64,000 nucleotides of DNA from the NCBI GenBank assembly GCA_963662945.1, contig OY759974.1, forward strand, positions 1,664,001 through 1,728,000, given 5' to 3'. How positions within the stretch are numbered: position 1 is the first letter of the stretch; each line of letters starts with the position of its first letter. Made by a program: the position numbers and the translations under genes. The stretch is from Arcobacteraceae bacterium (lineage in GTDB: Bacteria; Campylobacterota; Campylobacteria; Campylobacterales; Arcobacteraceae). Of this stretch, positions 10,502 to 22,850 are shown piece by piece. The notes beneath the pieces are model-generated. The model searched no databases. It worked only from the letters and a program-made list of their open reading frames with translations, and was not told the DNA's origin.

Positions 10502-11362
10502 TTATTTTAAATATTTTTCAAATTCTGATCGAGTAACATCATATTCACCATCAAAAAATAGACTCGGTGTTCCCGTTACAAAAGCATCATCTGACATTTT
10601 ACTATCATCTTGTATCATTGTCTCAAGTCTAGGATTGTTAATCTCTTTCATAGTTATGTTTGTACCAAATTCTTTATTGAAAAATCCAAGTACTTTTTGT
10701 TCATCTTTTTCTTCATAAGCATCAAATTTGTATTTTTCTGGGAAATTTGTTTGATAAATTTTATAATCAATATTTTTTATTCCCTTCTCTTTTCCTAAAA
10801 TTGCTGCTTTAGCGATAACTTTTGCAGTTGGATGCATATCTAGTGGCAGATGGTAGTAATATACAGCAATATTTTTAGGATTATCAATAATCTTCTTTAA
10901 TACATAAGGCATTTCATCTATACAAATTGGACATAGAGGGTCACTAAATATTACTAAAGTATGCTTTGCATTAGGGTTCCCTTCTATAAAATGTTTTTTA
11001 CTAAAAAATTTTTTATCCAAAGTAGGATACATGATAGTTTTAAATGATCTTTTATTTTTTAAATTTATTAAATCCATGGTAACATTTTTACCATCACTAA
11101 AGAGAGTATCTTTTTGTGATAATTGTTTTTTTTGAACTTCAAATTCTAAGTTAAAAGTATATCCTACCCAACCATCTTGTTTTAAATCTTTTGTAAAAAC
11201 TAAATCAACTTTTTTAAGTTCTCCACCAACTCTTTGCAGTGATTTTGATACTCTTTGTTTTTCAAATTTTATTAGTTGTTCTTCTAAGTTTGTATTAGAA
11301 AATAAATTAGTGCTTAATAGTGTTGTTACTATCGATAACTTCAACATCAATAATTTCATCAT
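10502..11362 (-). CDS. DsbA/DsbC-like periplasmic disulfide oxidoreductase
   Basis: FSDPLCPIC, VTGTP; AAGGAG RBS and a signal peptide put the start at about 11362/11359 rather than 11503; overlaps the 3' end of fxsA. Confidence 0.8.
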   Translation of the reverse strand: MMKLLMLKLSIVTTLLSTNLFSNTNLEEQLIKFEKQRVSKSLQRVGGELKKVDLVFTKDLKQDGWVGYTFNLEFEVQKKQLSQKDTLFSDGKNVTMDLINLKNKRSFKTIMYPTLDKKFFSKKHFIEGNPNAKHTLVIFSDPLCPICIDEMPYVLKKIIDNPKNIAVYYYHLPLDMHPTAKVIAKAAILGKEKGIKNIDYKIYQTNFPEKYKFDAYEEKDEQKVLGFFNKEFGTNITMKEINNPRLETMIQDDSKMSDDAFVTGTPSLFFDGEYDVTRSEFEKYLK

Positions 11363-11771
11363 CTCTCCTTGTATTGTTGTGTTTATAGTTTGTTTGAGTA
11401 TATTCAAAATTTGTTGAATATGTAGTATTGTTATTTGGTTTTTTGAATTCAAATATTTTACTAAAAAGAGATACAAACATTCCAAGTTGTAAAAGTATCC
11501 CAATTATATCTGTAAAAAAACCAGGAATAATGAGTAAAAATGCACCAATAGCTTTAGCTACATTTGTTTTAACAAATTCTTCTTGAGTAATTTGTCCAGT
11601 TCTTGCTTTTTGTATGTTTTCACTTAATGAGTATTTAAAATTTTTTAAAATAATCATACCTATAATTGCAGAGAGTAAGATTTCAAAAAAAGTAAGTAGT
11701 CCACCAATTGATGATGCAATTGCAGAAGAAATCATTACTTCTAGAAATAGGTAAATTAAAAAGTATAACAC
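11307..11771 (-). CDS. fxsA: FxsA family membrane protein
   Basis: YLFLE, LLIIPGFFTDIIG, C-terminal EIIDVE. Confidence 0.88.
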   Translation of the reverse strand: MLYFLIYLFLEVMISSAIASSIGGLLTFFEILLSAIIGMIILKNFKYSLSENIQKARTGQITQEEFVKTNVAKAIGAFLLIIPGFFTDIIGILLQLGMFVSLFSKIFEFKKPNNNTTYSTNFEYTQTNYKHNNTRRDDEIIDVEVIDSNNTIKH

Positions 11772-11832
11772 AGACTCTCCTTATAGGTTTTGTTGATTAT
11801 AATAAATTAAGGGTAAGTAAACACTTAATCTC

Positions 11833-12222
11833 TTAATTCTTTGGTATTGATTTTTCCAAGTGATATAATTTATATCTTATATCTTTAAAATTTTCAGATG
11901 TTTTGGTATCTATGAGTTTTCCAAATTCTTCTAAAACTCGTGAACTTTCTTGTGCTCTTTTAAAATTTGCGATGAGTATAGATTGTAAATCAGCTCGATT
12001 TTGTTCGGAAGTTGTAGAGTGTTTTAAAACATCATTTTGAATATCTCGAGAATCAAGAAGTTCTTCATAAAGTGAGACTCTCGCTTTGTGTCGTAATTCT
12101 TTTAATTGTGAAGCGATATTTTTGTCATTGAAGATATATCTATATATATCTTCAACAACTCTTATTCCTTCTCTAAGGCGATTTAAATTAGCATCTAAAA
12201 GTCGTAAATTCTCTTTAGTCAT
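11833..12222 (-). CDS. ThiD2-like protein (N-terminal domain of thiamine-phosphate synthases)
   Basis: RLLDANLNRLREGIRVVED, ANFKRAQESSRVLEE, RYKLY.LEK; start at ATG 12222. Confidence 0.8.
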   Translation of the reverse strand: MTKENLRLLDANLNRLREGIRVVEDIYRYIFNDKNIASQLKELRHKARVSLYEELLDSRDIQNDVLKHSTTSEQNRADLQSILIANFKRAQESSRVLEEFGKLIDTKTSENFKDIRYKLYHLEKSIPKN

Positions 12223-12943
12223 CACTGTTATTAAATGCAGCAAATATTTGAAGTAAAGAGATAAATAGGTTAAAAAAGTCCAAATATAAAGCAATTGCAG
12301 CTTCAATAGGAGTTGAAAAACCACCTTGAACTATTTGTTGTGTATCATATAAGATAAATGCACTAAATAATAAAGCACCAACCATAGCAATACCCAATTG
12401 TAAAATAGGTGAACCTATAAATATATTACTAATTGAACCAACTATTAAAATAATAATTGCAATAAATAACATTTTTCCCATACTTGAGAAATCTTTTTTA
12501 GTTGTAAGGGCAAACATTGAAATACCACCAAATGCAACTGATGTCATTAAAAATGCTTGTGCTACAACAGAAGCACCATTTGGCATATTAAATACACTAC
12601 TTAAAAGAGGTGTAATTGTTAAACCACTTACAAATGTAAATCCAAATAAAACAGCAAGGTTAATTCCTGGTTTATCTTTTACTGCATAAAGTCCAAAAAG
12701 TAATGCAAATTCTAAAATAACTAATCCCCAATACCAACTTGAAATTGTACTCACCATATCAAGTCCAATATAAGCCCCAGCAGTTGCAGCTAAAAGTGAG
12801 CTAGCAAAAAGTTGATATGTGCTTCTTAAAAAAGCCATTAAATTAGCTGGAGCACCTGCTTTTTCATTAGATGAAGTATACGCTTCATTATCTCGTGAAT
12901 AAGTAGAATTACTACCATTTGTTAAATAATCTCTATTATACAT
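12215..12943 (-). CDS. Bax inhibitor-1 / YccA family membrane protein
   Basis: About 7 TM, KKDFS, ILYDTQ, ALYLDFFNLF. Confidence 0.92.
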   Translation of the reverse strand: MYNRDYLTNGSNSTYSRDNEAYTSSNEKAGAPANLMAFLRSTYQLFASSLLAATAGAYIGLDMVSTISSWYWGLVILEFALLFGLYAVKDKPGINLAVLFGFTFVSGLTITPLLSSVFNMPNGASVVAQAFLMTSVAFGGISMFALTTKKDFSSMGKMLFIAIIILIVGSISNIFIGSPILQLGIAMVGALLFSAFILYDTQQIVQGGFSTPIEAAIALYLDFFNLFISLLQIFAAFNNSDD

Positions 12944-13153
12944 TATAAATATCCTTTATACTTTTGTATTTTGAATGAGATTCTAATATGTTTATATTAA
13001 ATTTACCTTTAAGTATAGAGATTAATAAGAAATTAAAACAACAAACTAAAATTGTTTATGGCGATAGTTATAGTAAATATAAACTATAATTCGTTATAAT
13101 AAAACCTAAAATTAGATTTGTAAAACATATATAGATCAATAACAGGAGACACA

Positions 13154-13597
13154 ATGTTAGATGTTGTAGAGATACAAAAAATATTACCTCATAGATACCC
13201 TTTTCTTTTAGTGGACAAGGTAACTGATATGGAAATAGGTAAAAACGTAATAGCATATAAAAATGTATCAATTAGTGAACCAGTATTTGAAGGACATTTC
13301 CCAGGTCATCCTATATATCCAGGTGTAATGATTTTAGAAGGTATGGCACAAGCTGGTGGTATATTGGCACTAAAAAGTTCTGGATTATCTGATGAAGAAC
13401 TAAAATCAAAAGTTATATATTTTATGAGTATAGACAGAGCAAAATTTAGAAGTCCAGTGAAACCTGGTGATAGATTAGAATATAGAATAGAAGTTATAAA
13501 ATTAAGAAAAAATTTAATAGTACTTGATGGTAAAGCATATGTTGATGATGTTCTAGTAAGTGAAGCTGAATTAAAAGCAATGGTTGTTGATAAATAA
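13154..13597 (+). CDS. fabZ: 3-hydroxyacyl-ACP dehydratase
   Basis: [30 protein letters not shown]. Confidence 0.97.
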   Translation: MLDVVEIQKILPHRYPFLLVDKVTDMEIGKNVIAYKNVSISEPVFEGHFPGHPIYPGVMILEGMAQAGGILALKSSGLSDEELKSKVIYFMSIDRAKFRSPVKPGDRLEYRIEVIKLRKNLIVLDGKAYVDDVLVSEAELKAMVVDK

Positions 13598-14379
13598 TGG
13601 CAAATATTCATAAAACAGCTATCATTGAAGATGGTGCTGTAATAGCTGATGATGTAACAATTGGTGCATACACTATAATTGGTTCACAAGTTACAATCGG
13701 TTCTGGTACAACAATTGCAAGTCATTGTGTAATTGAAGGAAAAACAACAATTGGAAAAAATAATACAATTTTTTCCCATGCAGCACTTGGAACAATTCCT
13801 CAAGATTTAAAATTTGCAGGGGAAGATGTTGAACTTATTATCGGAGATAATAATAAAATAAGAGAATTTACTCTTTTTAATCCAGGAACTAAAGGTGGTG
13901 GAGCAGTTACAAAAATAGGAAATGGAAATCTTTTTATGGGATATACTCATGTTGCACATGATTGTATTATAGGAGATAATTGTATTTTTGCAAATGTAGC
14001 TACGTTAGCTGGGCATGTAGAAGTTGAAGATAATGTAGTAGTTGGTGGATTATCTGCTATTCATCAATTTTGTAAGTTAGGAACTCAATCTATGATAGGT
14101 GGGGGTTCGATTGTTGTGCAAGATATCCCACCATTTTGTAATACCGAAGGTAATAGAGCAACAATAAGAGGTTTAAATCTTACAGGACTTAGAAGAAGAT
14201 TAGACAACAGATCTGATATTGATGAGATTAAAAAAGCATATAGAAAACTTTTTGAGTCAGGTAGTCCTTTATTAGATGCAGCAAGAGAGTTAATTGAAAA
14301 TAGTACAAATGAATATGTAATAAAGCTAGCAAATTTTATAATAAATACAAAAAGAGGAATACCTTTTACAAGGAAATAA
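13597..14379 (+). CDS. lpxA: UDP-GlcNAc acyltransferase
   Basis: Hexapeptide repeats, PQDLK, HVAHDC, LAGHV, IHQF. Confidence 0.97.
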   Translation: MANIHKTAIIEDGAVIADDVTIGAYTIIGSQVTIGSGTTIASHCVIEGKTTIGKNNTIFSHAALGTIPQDLKFAGEDVELIIGDNNKIREFTLFNPGTKGGGAVTKIGNGNLFMGYTHVAHDCIIGDNCIFANVATLAGHVEVEDNVVVGGLSAIHQFCKLGTQSMIGGGSIVVQDIPPFCNTEGNRATIRGLNLTGLRRRLDNRSDIDEIKKAYRKLFESGSPLLDAARELIENSTNEYVIKLANFIINTKRGIPFTRK

Positions 14380-14385
14380 TAAAAT

Positions 14386-15612
14386 ATGAAAAAAGAAAAA
14401 ATGAAATGTGATTTTTGTGGAGTTGAAGATAGTGAACACAATCCTTTAATATCTGGAGAACATGCAACTATCTGTCAAACTTGTGCAAAATCTGCTTATG
14501 AGATTATTCAAAAACATAAAAATGAGCATACTGAGGGTGAAATTGTTGAACTTGCCGAAGATATTGTTCAAAAAATATTAACACCAAAAGAGTTAAAACT
14601 AATTTTAGATGATTATGTAATAGGACAAGAAAAAGCAAAAAAAGTTTTAAGTGTTGCTGTTTATAATCATTATAAAAGAATCTTTATGCAAGAGATTAGC
14701 GATGATGTTACAGAACTAACAAAATCAAATGTATTACTTATAGGACCAACAGGAAGTGGAAAAACACTTTTAGCCCAAACTATTGCAAAATACCTTGATG
14801 TTCCTTTGGCAATTGCAGATGCTACAAGTTTAACAGAAGCTGGATATGTTGGTGATGATGTTGAAAATGTTGTAACAAGACTTATCCAAGCTGCTGATGG
14901 GGATATTAAAAAAGCAGAACAAGGTATAATCTTTATTGATGAGATTGATAAGATTGCTAGAATGTCTGAGAATAGAAGTATTACAAGAGATGTAAGTGGT
15001 GAAGGTGTACAACAAGCACTTCTTAAAATAGTAGAGGGTAGTTTGGTAAATGTACCACCAAAAGGTGGAAGAAAACACCCAGGACAAGACTCAATTCAAC
15101 TTGATACTACAAATGTATTATTTATTTGTGGTGGTGCTTTTGATGGTATGAAAGATATCATTGCTAAAAGACAAGGTGGAAATATCCTTGGGTTTAATCA
15201 AGATAAAAAAACAAAAAAAGAACAAGACAATATTATGGAGCTTATAGAAGCTGATGATTTAGTAAAATATGGTTTAATCCCTGAACTTATTGGTAGACTT
15301 CATATGACAGCGGTACTTCAAGAGATTGATGAAGATGCAATGATTCATATTTTAAAAGAGCCAAAAAACTCATTGGTAAAACAATATACAAAACTATTTA
15401 AAATAGATGGTGTTAATTTAAAATTTGAAGAAGATGCTTTAAAAGAGATTGCTAAAGCTGCAATTGAACGAAAAACTGGAGCACGGGGATTACGATCTAT
15501 TTTAGAAGATATTATGTTAGATGTTATGTATGAATTACCAGAATATAAGGGTAAAACAGTAACAATTACAAAAGATGTGGTAAATAAAACAGAACTACCA
15601 AAAGTAGCTTAA
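14386..15612 (+). CDS. clpX: Clp protease ATP-binding subunit
   Basis: N-terminal C4 zinc finger, [37 protein letters not shown]. Confidence 0.97.
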   Translation: MKKEKMKCDFCGVEDSEHNPLISGEHATICQTCAKSAYEIIQKHKNEHTEGEIVELAEDIVQKILTPKELKLILDDYVIGQEKAKKVLSVAVYNHYKRIFMQEISDDVTELTKSNVLLIGPTGSGKTLLAQTIAKYLDVPLAIADATSLTEAGYVGDDVENVVTRLIQAADGDIKKAEQGIIFIDEIDKIARMSENRSITRDVSGEGVQQALLKIVEGSLVNVPPKGGRKHPGQDSIQLDTTNVLFICGGAFDGMKDIIAKRQGGNILGFNQDKKTKKEQDNIMELIEADDLVKYGLIPELIGRLHMTAVLQEIDEDAMIHILKEPKNSLVKQYTKLFKIDGVNLKFEEDALKEIAKAAIERKTGARGLRSILEDIMLDVMYELPEYKGKTVTITKDVVNKTELPKVA

Positions 15613-15630
15613 TAAAAAAGGAAAAATATA

Positions 15631-16662
15631 ATGATTTTTGATAAATTTATCGGTTGGTTTTCAAATGATATGGCGATTGACTTAGGGACAGCAAATACAC
15701 TAGTATCAGTAAAAGGTAAAGGTATAATTATAAATGAACCATCAGTTGTTGCTGTACAACATGATAGATATGGAAGAGATAGAATACTTGCAGTTGGTAA
15801 AGAAGCCAAACAGATGATAGGTAAAACTCCTGTTAATATTCAAGCAGTAAGACCTATGAAAGATGGAGTTATTGCAGATTTTGAAATGACAGAGAGAATG
15901 ATTCGATACTTTATTGAAAAAGCTCATAAAAGAAAATCATTTTTACGACCAAGAATTATTATTTGTATTCCTCATGGAATTACTCAAGTTGAAAGAAAAG
16001 CGGTAAAAGAATCAGCTTTAAGTGCGGGTGCAAGAGAAGTGTTTCTTGTTGAAGAGCCGATGGCAGCTGCTATTGGAGCAGGGATTCCTGTAAGTAGTCC
16101 TGATGGATATGTTGTTGTTGATATTGGTGGTGGTACTACTGAAATTGGTGTAACATCTTTAGGGGGACTTGTTTTAAGTAAATCTATAAAAGTAGCTGGA
16201 GATAGATTTGATAAAGCTATTATAGATTATGTAAGACAAAACTTTAACCTTTATATTGGGGAAAGAACAGCTGAGGGTATTAAACTAGAAATTGGTACAG
16301 CTGTAAAACAAGCAAAAGATATAACAATAAAAGTAAAAGGAAGAGATAGCTCGGGACTTCTTACAACTATTGATTTAACAAGTGAGGGTGTAAGAGCGGC
16401 TTTACATGAACCTTTAAAAGAGATTTCACTGGCAGTTAGACAAGTACTTGAAGAGATGCCACCTGATTTGGCAGGAGATGTTGTTGATAATGGTGTTGTT
16501 TTAACGGGTGGTGGAGCACTTATAAGAGGATTAGATAAATATCTTATGAATGATATTAAATTACCAGTACGTGTTGCTGATGAGCCACTTCTTGCTGTTG
16601 CTTATGGTACTAGCAAAACTTTAGATGAGGAATCTTTACTTAGACTAATTTCTAATGAGTAA
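15631..16662 (+). CDS. mreB: Rod shape-determining actin homologue
   Basis: [29 protein letters not shown]. Confidence 0.97.
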   Translation: MIFDKFIGWFSNDMAIDLGTANTLVSVKGKGIIINEPSVVAVQHDRYGRDRILAVGKEAKQMIGKTPVNIQAVRPMKDGVIADFEMTERMIRYFIEKAHKRKSFLRPRIIICIPHGITQVERKAVKESALSAGAREVFLVEEPMAAAIGAGIPVSSPDGYVVVDIGGGTTEIGVTSLGGLVLSKSIKVAGDRFDKAIIDYVRQNFNLYIGERTAEGIKLEIGTAVKQAKDITIKVKGRDSSGLLTTIDLTSEGVRAALHEPLKEISLAVRQVLEEMPPDLAGDVVDNGVVLTGGGALIRGLDKYLMNDIKLPVRVADEPLLAVAYGTSKTLDEESLLRLISNE

Positions 16663-17431
16663 AAAGTTTATTTTCTTTTTTATTACCTTCATTATCTTTA
16701 TATCTTACCTTTTCAGTTTTGAAAAGGTATTAGTAGATAAAATTTATATGCTCAATAGCTCAATTAGTTCGGCATATATAAAATTATTTGTTTTTACAAC
16801 AGAAACTGTAAATAAATATTTTAATCAACTTGATTATATAGAGCAGTTAAGAACATCTAATGAAATGAATATCCAATATAGAACATTGTATGAACAAAAA
16901 CTTCAAGAAATTCATGAGTTAAATCAAGATTTAAAAATAACTTTAGATAAAGAAGTACCATATGAAAAAGTGAAAGTTTTGTCTTATTATAATTTTAATG
17001 ATCACTCAAAAGTGCTTATTGATAAAGAAAATTTAATTACTGACAAGATATATCCATTGATAACACTCGATGGCTTTAGTGCTGGAATTGTGTTAATGAA
17101 AAATGAGAAAACAGTTGCTTATTTGAATGAAAATAAAAAATGTAACTATACTGTTTTTATTGGACAAAATGATACTCCAGGAATTACTTCTGGAATTACT
17201 GATGAGGGAAATATTATTATTAAATATGTTCCTATTTGGAAAGAAATCCAAATAGATGATGAAGTTATCACAAGTAGTATGGATTCTATTTTTCCATATG
17301 GAATTAAAGTAGGGAAAGTAGTTGATATCAAAGTATTTGAAAATACAAAAGAGGTATTTGTGAAACCTTATGCAAAAACACTAGGAGAGAGAAATTTCTT
17401 TATAACTCAAGATACTAATTCTAGTATCTAG
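16655..17431 (+). CDS. mreC: Rod shape-determining protein MreC
   Basis: Follows mreB; N-terminal TM and coiled coil; VITS..D.IFP.GI.VG.V. Confidence 0.88.
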   Translation: MSKKFIFFFITFIIFISYLFSFEKVLVDKIYMLNSSISSAYIKLFVFTTETVNKYFNQLDYIEQLRTSNEMNIQYRTLYEQKLQEIHELNQDLKITLDKEVPYEKVKVLSYYNFNDHSKVLIDKENLITDKIYPLITLDGFSAGIVLMKNEKTVAYLNENKKCNYTVFIGQNDTPGITSGITDEGNIIIKYVPIWKEIQIDDEVITSSMDSIFPYGIKVGKVVDIKVFENTKEVFVKPYAKTLGERNFFITQDTNSSI

Positions 17432-18041
17432 AGATTATTGTATCCACTTCATCCCAAGAAAGGGATTGCTCTTCATCTTTTTTAAATAAATTATAAATAT
17501 ATCTTGCAAACATATCTGTTTCAATATTAACCTTGCTATTGAGTGTATATTGTTCAAATAAAGTATTTTGAATAGTATGGGGAATAATTGTAAGTCTAAA
17601 TGTATTTTTATCCTTATCAACATCATTTACTGTTAAACTTACACCATCAACTGTTATAGAACCTTTAGGAATAAGGTATTTTATATAGTTTTCTGGTATT
17701 TGTATAAAAAAGTCTGTAGAGTTACCATTATCAATGATATTGGTAATAGTACCTAAACAATCTACATGTCCTTGAACAATATGCCCTTCAAATCTATCTC
17801 CCATCATCATGGCTGGTTCTATATGTACTTTATTTTTATAGTTTTCCATTGCTAATATATTTTGTGATTCTGGAGAAAGTTCAACACTAAAACCATCTGA
17901 ATAAATTTCTATAACTGTAAGACACGCACCATTTATGGCAATACTATCTCCAATTTTTGGCTTGTAAGTTGCATTAAGCGTTAAAATATTATTATTAAAG
18001 CTGACTACGTTAGCCATCTCTCTGATTAATCCTGTAAACAT
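17421..18041 (-). CDS. ribE: Riboflavin synthase alpha chain
   Basis: MFTGL, GDSIAINGACLTV, GHIVQGHVD, KGSITVDGVSLTV, VNIETD. Confidence 0.95.
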   Translation of the reverse strand: MFTGLIREMANVVSFNNNILTLNATYKPKIGDSIAINGACLTVIEIYSDGFSVELSPESQNILAMENYKNKVHIEPAMMMGDRFEGHIVQGHVDCLGTITNIIDNGNSTDFFIQIPENYIKYLIPKGSITVDGVSLTVNDVDKDKNTFRLTIIPHTIQNTLFEQYTLNSKVNIETDMFARYIYNLFKKDEEQSLSWDEVDTIISRY

Positions 18042-18099
18042 AAAAAGATTATAACATAATAATAATTTTGATTGGGTATAATAAAAAATAATTAAGGAG

Positions 18100-18489
18100 T
18101 TGTTTATCGTGTTATTTTTTAAAAAAGGAGTGTTTATTATAAGTATTATTTTATTTATAACAGCTTGTGCTACTAAACAACCTCTTATAACAGAAAGTCA
18201 TACTATTTTAATAAAAACACCTCAAATGAAATTTTATGATAAAGGATTTATCTCACAATATGAAGATTATATCCATTTACAAATTTTTCAAGTAGGAAAT
18301 GTTGTTTTAGATTTAAAAATTTATAAAGATACAATTTGTCAATCAACATTGGAATGTATAAGTGCTAGAGAGTTTAATGATAAATATCTTCACAACTCAT
18401 ATAAAGATGATTTTTTGTATAATCTTTTCTCACAAAAAAAGATATATTATAAAGACACAATCAATAATATTTTAATAAAGGTTAAATAG
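18100..18489 (+). CDS. Hypothetical lipoprotein
   Basis: Hydrophobic stretch ending in lipobox ITAC; start may be GTG 18109. Confidence 0.65.
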   Translation: MFIVLFFKKGVFIISIILFITACATKQPLITESHTILIKTPQMKFYDKGFISQYEDYIHLQIFQVGNVVLDLKIYKDTICQSTLECISAREFNDKYLHNSYKDDFLYNLFSQKKIYYKDTINNILIKVK

Positions 18490-19377
18490 ATGAATAAATA
18501 TGTAGGAGCTCATGTAAGTACTACAGGAGGTGTTCAAAATGCACCATTAAATGCCATAGCAATAGGTGCCAAAGCTTTTGCTTTGTTTACAAAAAATCAA
18601 AAAAGATGGGATGCAAAACCTTTTGATACAAAAACACTAGATGCATGGTTTAAAAACTTAGAAGCATCAGGAATTCAACCAAAACATATACTTCCTCATG
18701 ATAGTTATCTAATAAATTTGGGAAATCCAGATGAAGAAAAACTAGAAAAGTCAAGAATTGCCTTTATAGATGAGTTAGAAAGATGTGATATACTAGGGTT
18801 AGATAGATTAAATTTTCATCCAGGAAGTCATTTACAAAAGTTTGGGAAAAAAGATCCTGATTATGATGAAAAATTACAATATGCTGAATTAGAATGTTTA
18901 AGTACAATCGCAGATTCAATCAATTTTGCACTTGATAAAACAAAAAATGTAAAAGCAGTGATAGAAAATACAGCAGGACAGGGGACAAATCTTGGATATA
19001 GGTTTGAACACTTAGAATATATTATAGATAGAGTTGAAGATAAAAGTAGAATTGGGGTATGTATAGATACTTGTCATATGTTTACAGCTGGTTATGATAT
19101 AAGAACAAAAGAGGTATATGAGCAAACTTGGAAAGAGTTTGATAAAATAGTTGGACGAGAATTTTTAATGGGGATGCATATTAATGATTCTAAACCACCG
19201 TTAGGAAGCCGAGTTGATAGACACCATAGTTTAGGCGAAGGTGAAATTGGTTGGGATGCATTTTCATATATAATGAATGATGAGAGAATGAATGATATTC
19301 CATTGATTTTAGAAACAATAGACGAATCAATTTGGGATAAAGAGATTCAAGATTTATATAATCTCGTAAGAAAATAG
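18490..19377 (+). CDS. nfo: Endonuclease IV
   Basis: [45 protein letters not shown]. Confidence 0.96.
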   Translation: MNKYVGAHVSTTGGVQNAPLNAIAIGAKAFALFTKNQKRWDAKPFDTKTLDAWFKNLEASGIQPKHILPHDSYLINLGNPDEEKLEKSRIAFIDELERCDILGLDRLNFHPGSHLQKFGKKDPDYDEKLQYAELECLSTIADSINFALDKTKNVKAVIENTAGQGTNLGYRFEHLEYIIDRVEDKSRIGVCIDTCHMFTAGYDIRTKEVYEQTWKEFDKIVGREFLMGMHINDSKPPLGSRVDRHHSLGEGEIGWDAFSYIMNDERMNDIPLILETIDESIWDKEIQDLYNLVRK

Positions 19378-19397
19378 AAACAAGAGTTTCTATTTTT
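19371..19397. terminator. Probable bidirectional terminator between convergent nfo and accA
   Basis: AAAATAGAAAC-aaga-GTTTCTATTTT hairpin. Confidence 0.65.
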
Positions 19398-19403
19398 TGT
19401 ATA

Positions 19404-20336
19404 TTAAGAAAAACTTCCTAAAGACATAAGTCTATCATATCTTTTTTGTTGTCTTTCCTCTTTTGAGAGTTTATTTAATTCTGCTACGCTATCAATAAAA
19501 TAATCACCAAGAACTTTTATAGCTTCTTCTTTATTTCTATGTGCACCAATTAATGGTTCATTGATAACATCATCAATTAAATCATATTTTTTTAAGTCTG
19601 TCGAAGTAATTTTAAGTGCTTTTGTAGCTGTTTCAACCATTGCTTGGTCTTTCCATAAAATACTTGCACAACCCTCTGGTGAAATAACAGAATAAACACT
19701 ATATCTCATCATAGCAAGTTTATCACCAATAGAGATTGCCAATGCACCACCACTTCCACCTTCACCTATAACTATTGATACAATAATCGTATCTAAGTCA
19801 CTTAGTTCAAATAAGTTTCTAGCAATCGCTTCACTTTGACTTCTTTCCTCAGCTCCAATTCCAGGATATGCACCCGGAGTGTCGACTAAAAATAAAATAG
19901 GTAATTGAAATTTTTCAGCTAGTTTTGCAGCTCTTAAGGCTTTTCTATACCCTTCAGGATTTGGCATACCAAAATTTCTTTTGATTTTATTTTTAACACC
20001 TCTTCCTTTTTGCTCACCTATAACTACACACTTAACATCACCTATATTTCCTAAAAAACAAACAATTGCTTGATCATCTGCCAAGTGTCTGTCTCCATGT
20101 ATCTCATAAGCATTTGTCATAAGACCTTTAATATAATCAAGTGCATAAGGTCTATCTGCATGTCGCGCAAGTTTTAGTTTTTGAAAGTCTGAAAGATTAG
20201 AATATGTTTTTTCAACTTCTTCTTGAAGTTTTTTTTCTAAAATTGATACTGCATATTCATCTGCTTTTGTTTTAGCAACAATAATATCATCTTCAATTTT
20301 TTTCAAACCCTCTTCGAAGTCTAAATAAGTAGCCAT
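19404..20336 (-). CDS. accA: Acetyl-CoA carboxylase carboxyltransferase alpha
   Basis: [40 protein letters not shown]. Confidence 0.97.
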   Translation of the reverse strand: MATYLDFEEGLKKIEDDIIVAKTKADEYAVSILEKKLQEEVEKTYSNLSDFQKLKLARHADRPYALDYIKGLMTNAYEIHGDRHLADDQAIVCFLGNIGDVKCVVIGEQKGRGVKNKIKRNFGMPNPEGYRKALRAAKLAEKFQLPILFLVDTPGAYPGIGAEERSQSEAIARNLFELSDLDTIIVSIVIGEGGSGGALAISIGDKLAMMRYSVYSVISPEGCASILWKDQAMVETATKALKITSTDLKKYDLIDDVINEPLIGAHRNKEEAIKVLGDYFIDSVAELNKLSKEERQQKRYDRLMSLGSFS

Positions 20337-20344
20337 TTAATTAC

Positions 20345-21598
20345 CTACTTTGTGTATTTTTTCATAATTACAACACCATTTGTTCCACCAAAACCAAAAG
20401 AGTTACTCATAACTACATTTAGTTCAGCTTTTCTTGCTACATTTGGAACATAATCTAAATCACAATTTTCATCAGCTTCTATTTGGTTGATTGTTGGAGG
20501 AATAATTCCATCTTCCATAGCTTTGATTGCTATAATTGCTTCTAATGCACCAGCAGCACCTAAACAGTGACCAATTTGTCCTTTTGTTGAAGTAATTGGA
20601 GGACAGTTTTCTTTTCCACCAAATAATTCTTTTAAAGCAGCTGTTTCATTTTTATCATTTACAGGTGTACTTGTTCCATGTGCATTTACATAGTCAACTT
20701 TTAATTCTCCACCATTATTTTTCTTTGCCATAGCATAAGCAGCTTTCATAGCTCTAAGTGGTCCATCCATAGTTGGAGTTGTGATATGGTTTGCATCACC
20801 ACTTTCTCCAAATCCTAAAACTTCAGCATAAATCTTAGCACCTCTAGCCTCTGCTGACTCTAGAGTTTCAAGTACTAGTGCACCAGCACCTTCGCCCATT
20901 ACAAATCCATCTCTATTTTTATCAAATGGTCTTGAAGCAGTTTTAGGGTCATCGTTTCTTGTACTTAGTGCTTTCATAGATGCAAATCCACCTACACCAG
21001 CACCACAAATAGCACTCTCTGCTCCAACTACTAACATTTTATCAGCACCACCAAGTGCAATTGTTTTATACGCATCAGAGATAGCATGAGTCCCAGCAGC
21101 ACAAGCTGTTACTGCTGAAATATTTGGACCTTTTAAATTATGTTGGATAGTAATAAAACCACCTAGCATATTTACTAATGCCGATGGGATAAAAAATGGA
21201 GAGATTTTTGAAGGACCTCTTGAATCACATATTACCGAATTTTTTTCAATATTTGTCAATCCCCCAATTCCAGAAGCAGCTACAATACCAAATCTTTCAG
21301 AAATATCATCACTTACTTTATTTTCTGTAACTATTCCAGCATCTTCCATAGCTTCTTGTGCAGCATGAATTCCAAGATGGATAAATCTATCTGCTTTTTT
21401 CGCTTCTTTTTTTCCCATTATAGCTGTTGGGTCAAAGTTTTTTACTTCTCCTGCAATTTGTGCAGTAAAGTTTTCTGGGTCAAATAATGTTATTCTATCA
21501 ATCCCAGTTTGTCCCTCTACGATTGCTTTAAAAGATTCATTAACATTATTTCCTAATGAATTAATCATTCCAATACCCGTTACTACAACTCTTTGCAT
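20345..21598 (-). CDS. fabF: Beta-ketoacyl-ACP synthase II
   Basis: TACAAG, NAHGTST, GHCLGAAG, SNSFGFGG. Confidence 0.96.
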   Translation of the reverse strand: MQRVVVTGIGMINSLGNNVNESFKAIVEGQTGIDRITLFDPENFTAQIAGEVKNFDPTAIMGKKEAKKADRFIHLGIHAAQEAMEDAGIVTENKVSDDISERFGIVAASGIGGLTNIEKNSVICDSRGPSKISPFFIPSALVNMLGGFITIQHNLKGPNISAVTACAAGTHAISDAYKTIALGGADKMLVVGAESAICGAGVGGFASMKALSTRNDDPKTASRPFDKNRDGFVMGEGAGALVLETLESAEARGAKIYAEVLGFGESGDANHITTPTMDGPLRAMKAAYAMAKKNNGGELKVDYVNAHGTSTPVNDKNETAALKELFGGKENCPPITSTKGQIGHCLGAAGALEAIIAIKAMEDGIIPPTINQIEADENCDLDYVPNVARKAELNVVMSNSFGFGGTNGVVIMKKYTK

Positions 21599-21681
21599 AT
21601 TTATATCTCCATACTATATTTTATTTATATTTATAAACTAAAAAAAACTTATTTTTTAAGATAAAACTTTATTTAATCTAT

Positions 21682-21716
21682 AAAAAGACCTTAGGTAAAT
21701 AAAAGGTACCTAAGGT
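21682..21716 (-). terminator. Rho-independent terminator after acpP
   Basis: ACCTTAGGTA...TACCTAAGGT stem followed by a T-run on the minus strand. Confidence 0.65.
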
Positions 21717-21729
21717 GAAAAGAAAAGAC

Positions 21730-21954
21730 CTACTTGTGGTCTTCTATATATTTGATTGCGTCTGCAACTGTTAATATTTTCTCTGCATCTTCATCTGGAA
21801 TCTCAATGTCAAATTCCTCTTCTAAAGCCATTACTAACTCAACTACATCTAGTGAATCTGCACCTAAATCTTCAATAAATCTTGAATCTTCTTTAACTTC
21901 ATCTGCATTACAATCTAGTTGTTCAACAACAACTTCTTTTACTTTTTCTAACAT
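21730..21954 (-). CDS. acpP: Acyl carrier protein
   Basis: [20 protein letters not shown]. Confidence 0.98.
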   Translation of the reverse strand: MLEKVKEVVVEQLDCNADEVKEDSRFIEDLGADSLDVVELVMALEEEFDIEIPDEDAEKILTVADAIKYIEDHK

Positions 21955-22034
21955 TAAATTTCCTTTTTGAATTAATTTTCGTCATTATTGTAACATATTT
22001 TATTTGAAAAATTTCTTTTTCCTATAAAATGCGG

Positions 22035-22778
22035 TTACACATATAACCCACCGTTTACTTTTAGTATCTCACCTGTAATATAACTTGAATGATCACTTAG
22101 TAAAAATGCAACTGCATCTGCAACTTCTTTCGCTTCACCAAATCTTCCTAATGGAATATTCTTTTCATAATTTTCTTTAACTTCAGGTTTAAGTTCATCT
22201 GTCATATCTGTTCTAATAAATCCAGGAGTTACAACGTTAAATCTAATTGCACGAGCACTACCTTCTTTTGCAAAAGCTTTCGTCATAGTATTTACACCAC
22301 CTTTAGATGCAGAATAATTTGTTTGTCCAGGATTACCCATTTCTCCAACAATTGAAGAGATGTTTACAACAGCACCAAATTTTTTCTTTGACATTATTTT
22401 GAGGGCATCTCTACATCCAATAAATGTAGATTTTAAGTTTGCATTGATTACATCATCAAAGTCTTCTACACTCATTCTAATAGCTAGTTTATCTTTAGTA
22501 ATTCCAGCATTATTTACAAGATAAGATAATGCACCATCAGCTTCTACTATAGTTTTAATCATATCAGCCCAGTCAGCTTCAACTGAAACATCACCTTTAA
22601 TAACAGCAGCAGTACCACCATTAGATTCAATAGCTTCTTTTACAGCATCAGCAAGTTCAGGTTTACTTCTGTAGTTAATCCATACTTTTAAACCATAAGA
22701 TGCTAATTCTTTTGCAACTTCAGCTCCAATACCTTTACTCGCACCTGTTACTAATACATTTGTCCCGCTAAATTTCAT
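22035..22778 (-). CDS. fabG: 3-oxoacyl-ACP reductase
   Basis: TGASKGIG, NNAGIT, YSASK, fab operon context. Confidence 0.96.
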   Translation of the reverse strand: MKFSGTNVLVTGASKGIGAEVAKELASYGLKVWINYRSKPELADAVKEAIESNGGTAAVIKGDVSVEADWADMIKTIVEADGALSYLVNNAGITKDKLAIRMSVEDFDDVINANLKSTFIGCRDALKIMSKKKFGAVVNISSIVGEMGNPGQTNYSASKGGVNTMTKAFAKEGSARAIRFNVVTPGFIRTDMTDELKPEVKENYEKNIPLGRFGEAKEVADAVAFLLSDHSSYITGEILKVNGGLYV

Positions 22779-22850
22779 ATACTGTTTCCTTCTTTTTAGA
22801 TTATATTGCGTATTTTATCTAGTTTTTAATAAATAGTAAGAAATTGCTTT

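Noticed and set aside
13068-13611. Short antisense ORFs over fabZ, and similar ones elsewhere (e.g. 1351, 14085, 29938, 44380, 61236)
   Set aside because: Shadow frames of well-supported genes on the opposite strand
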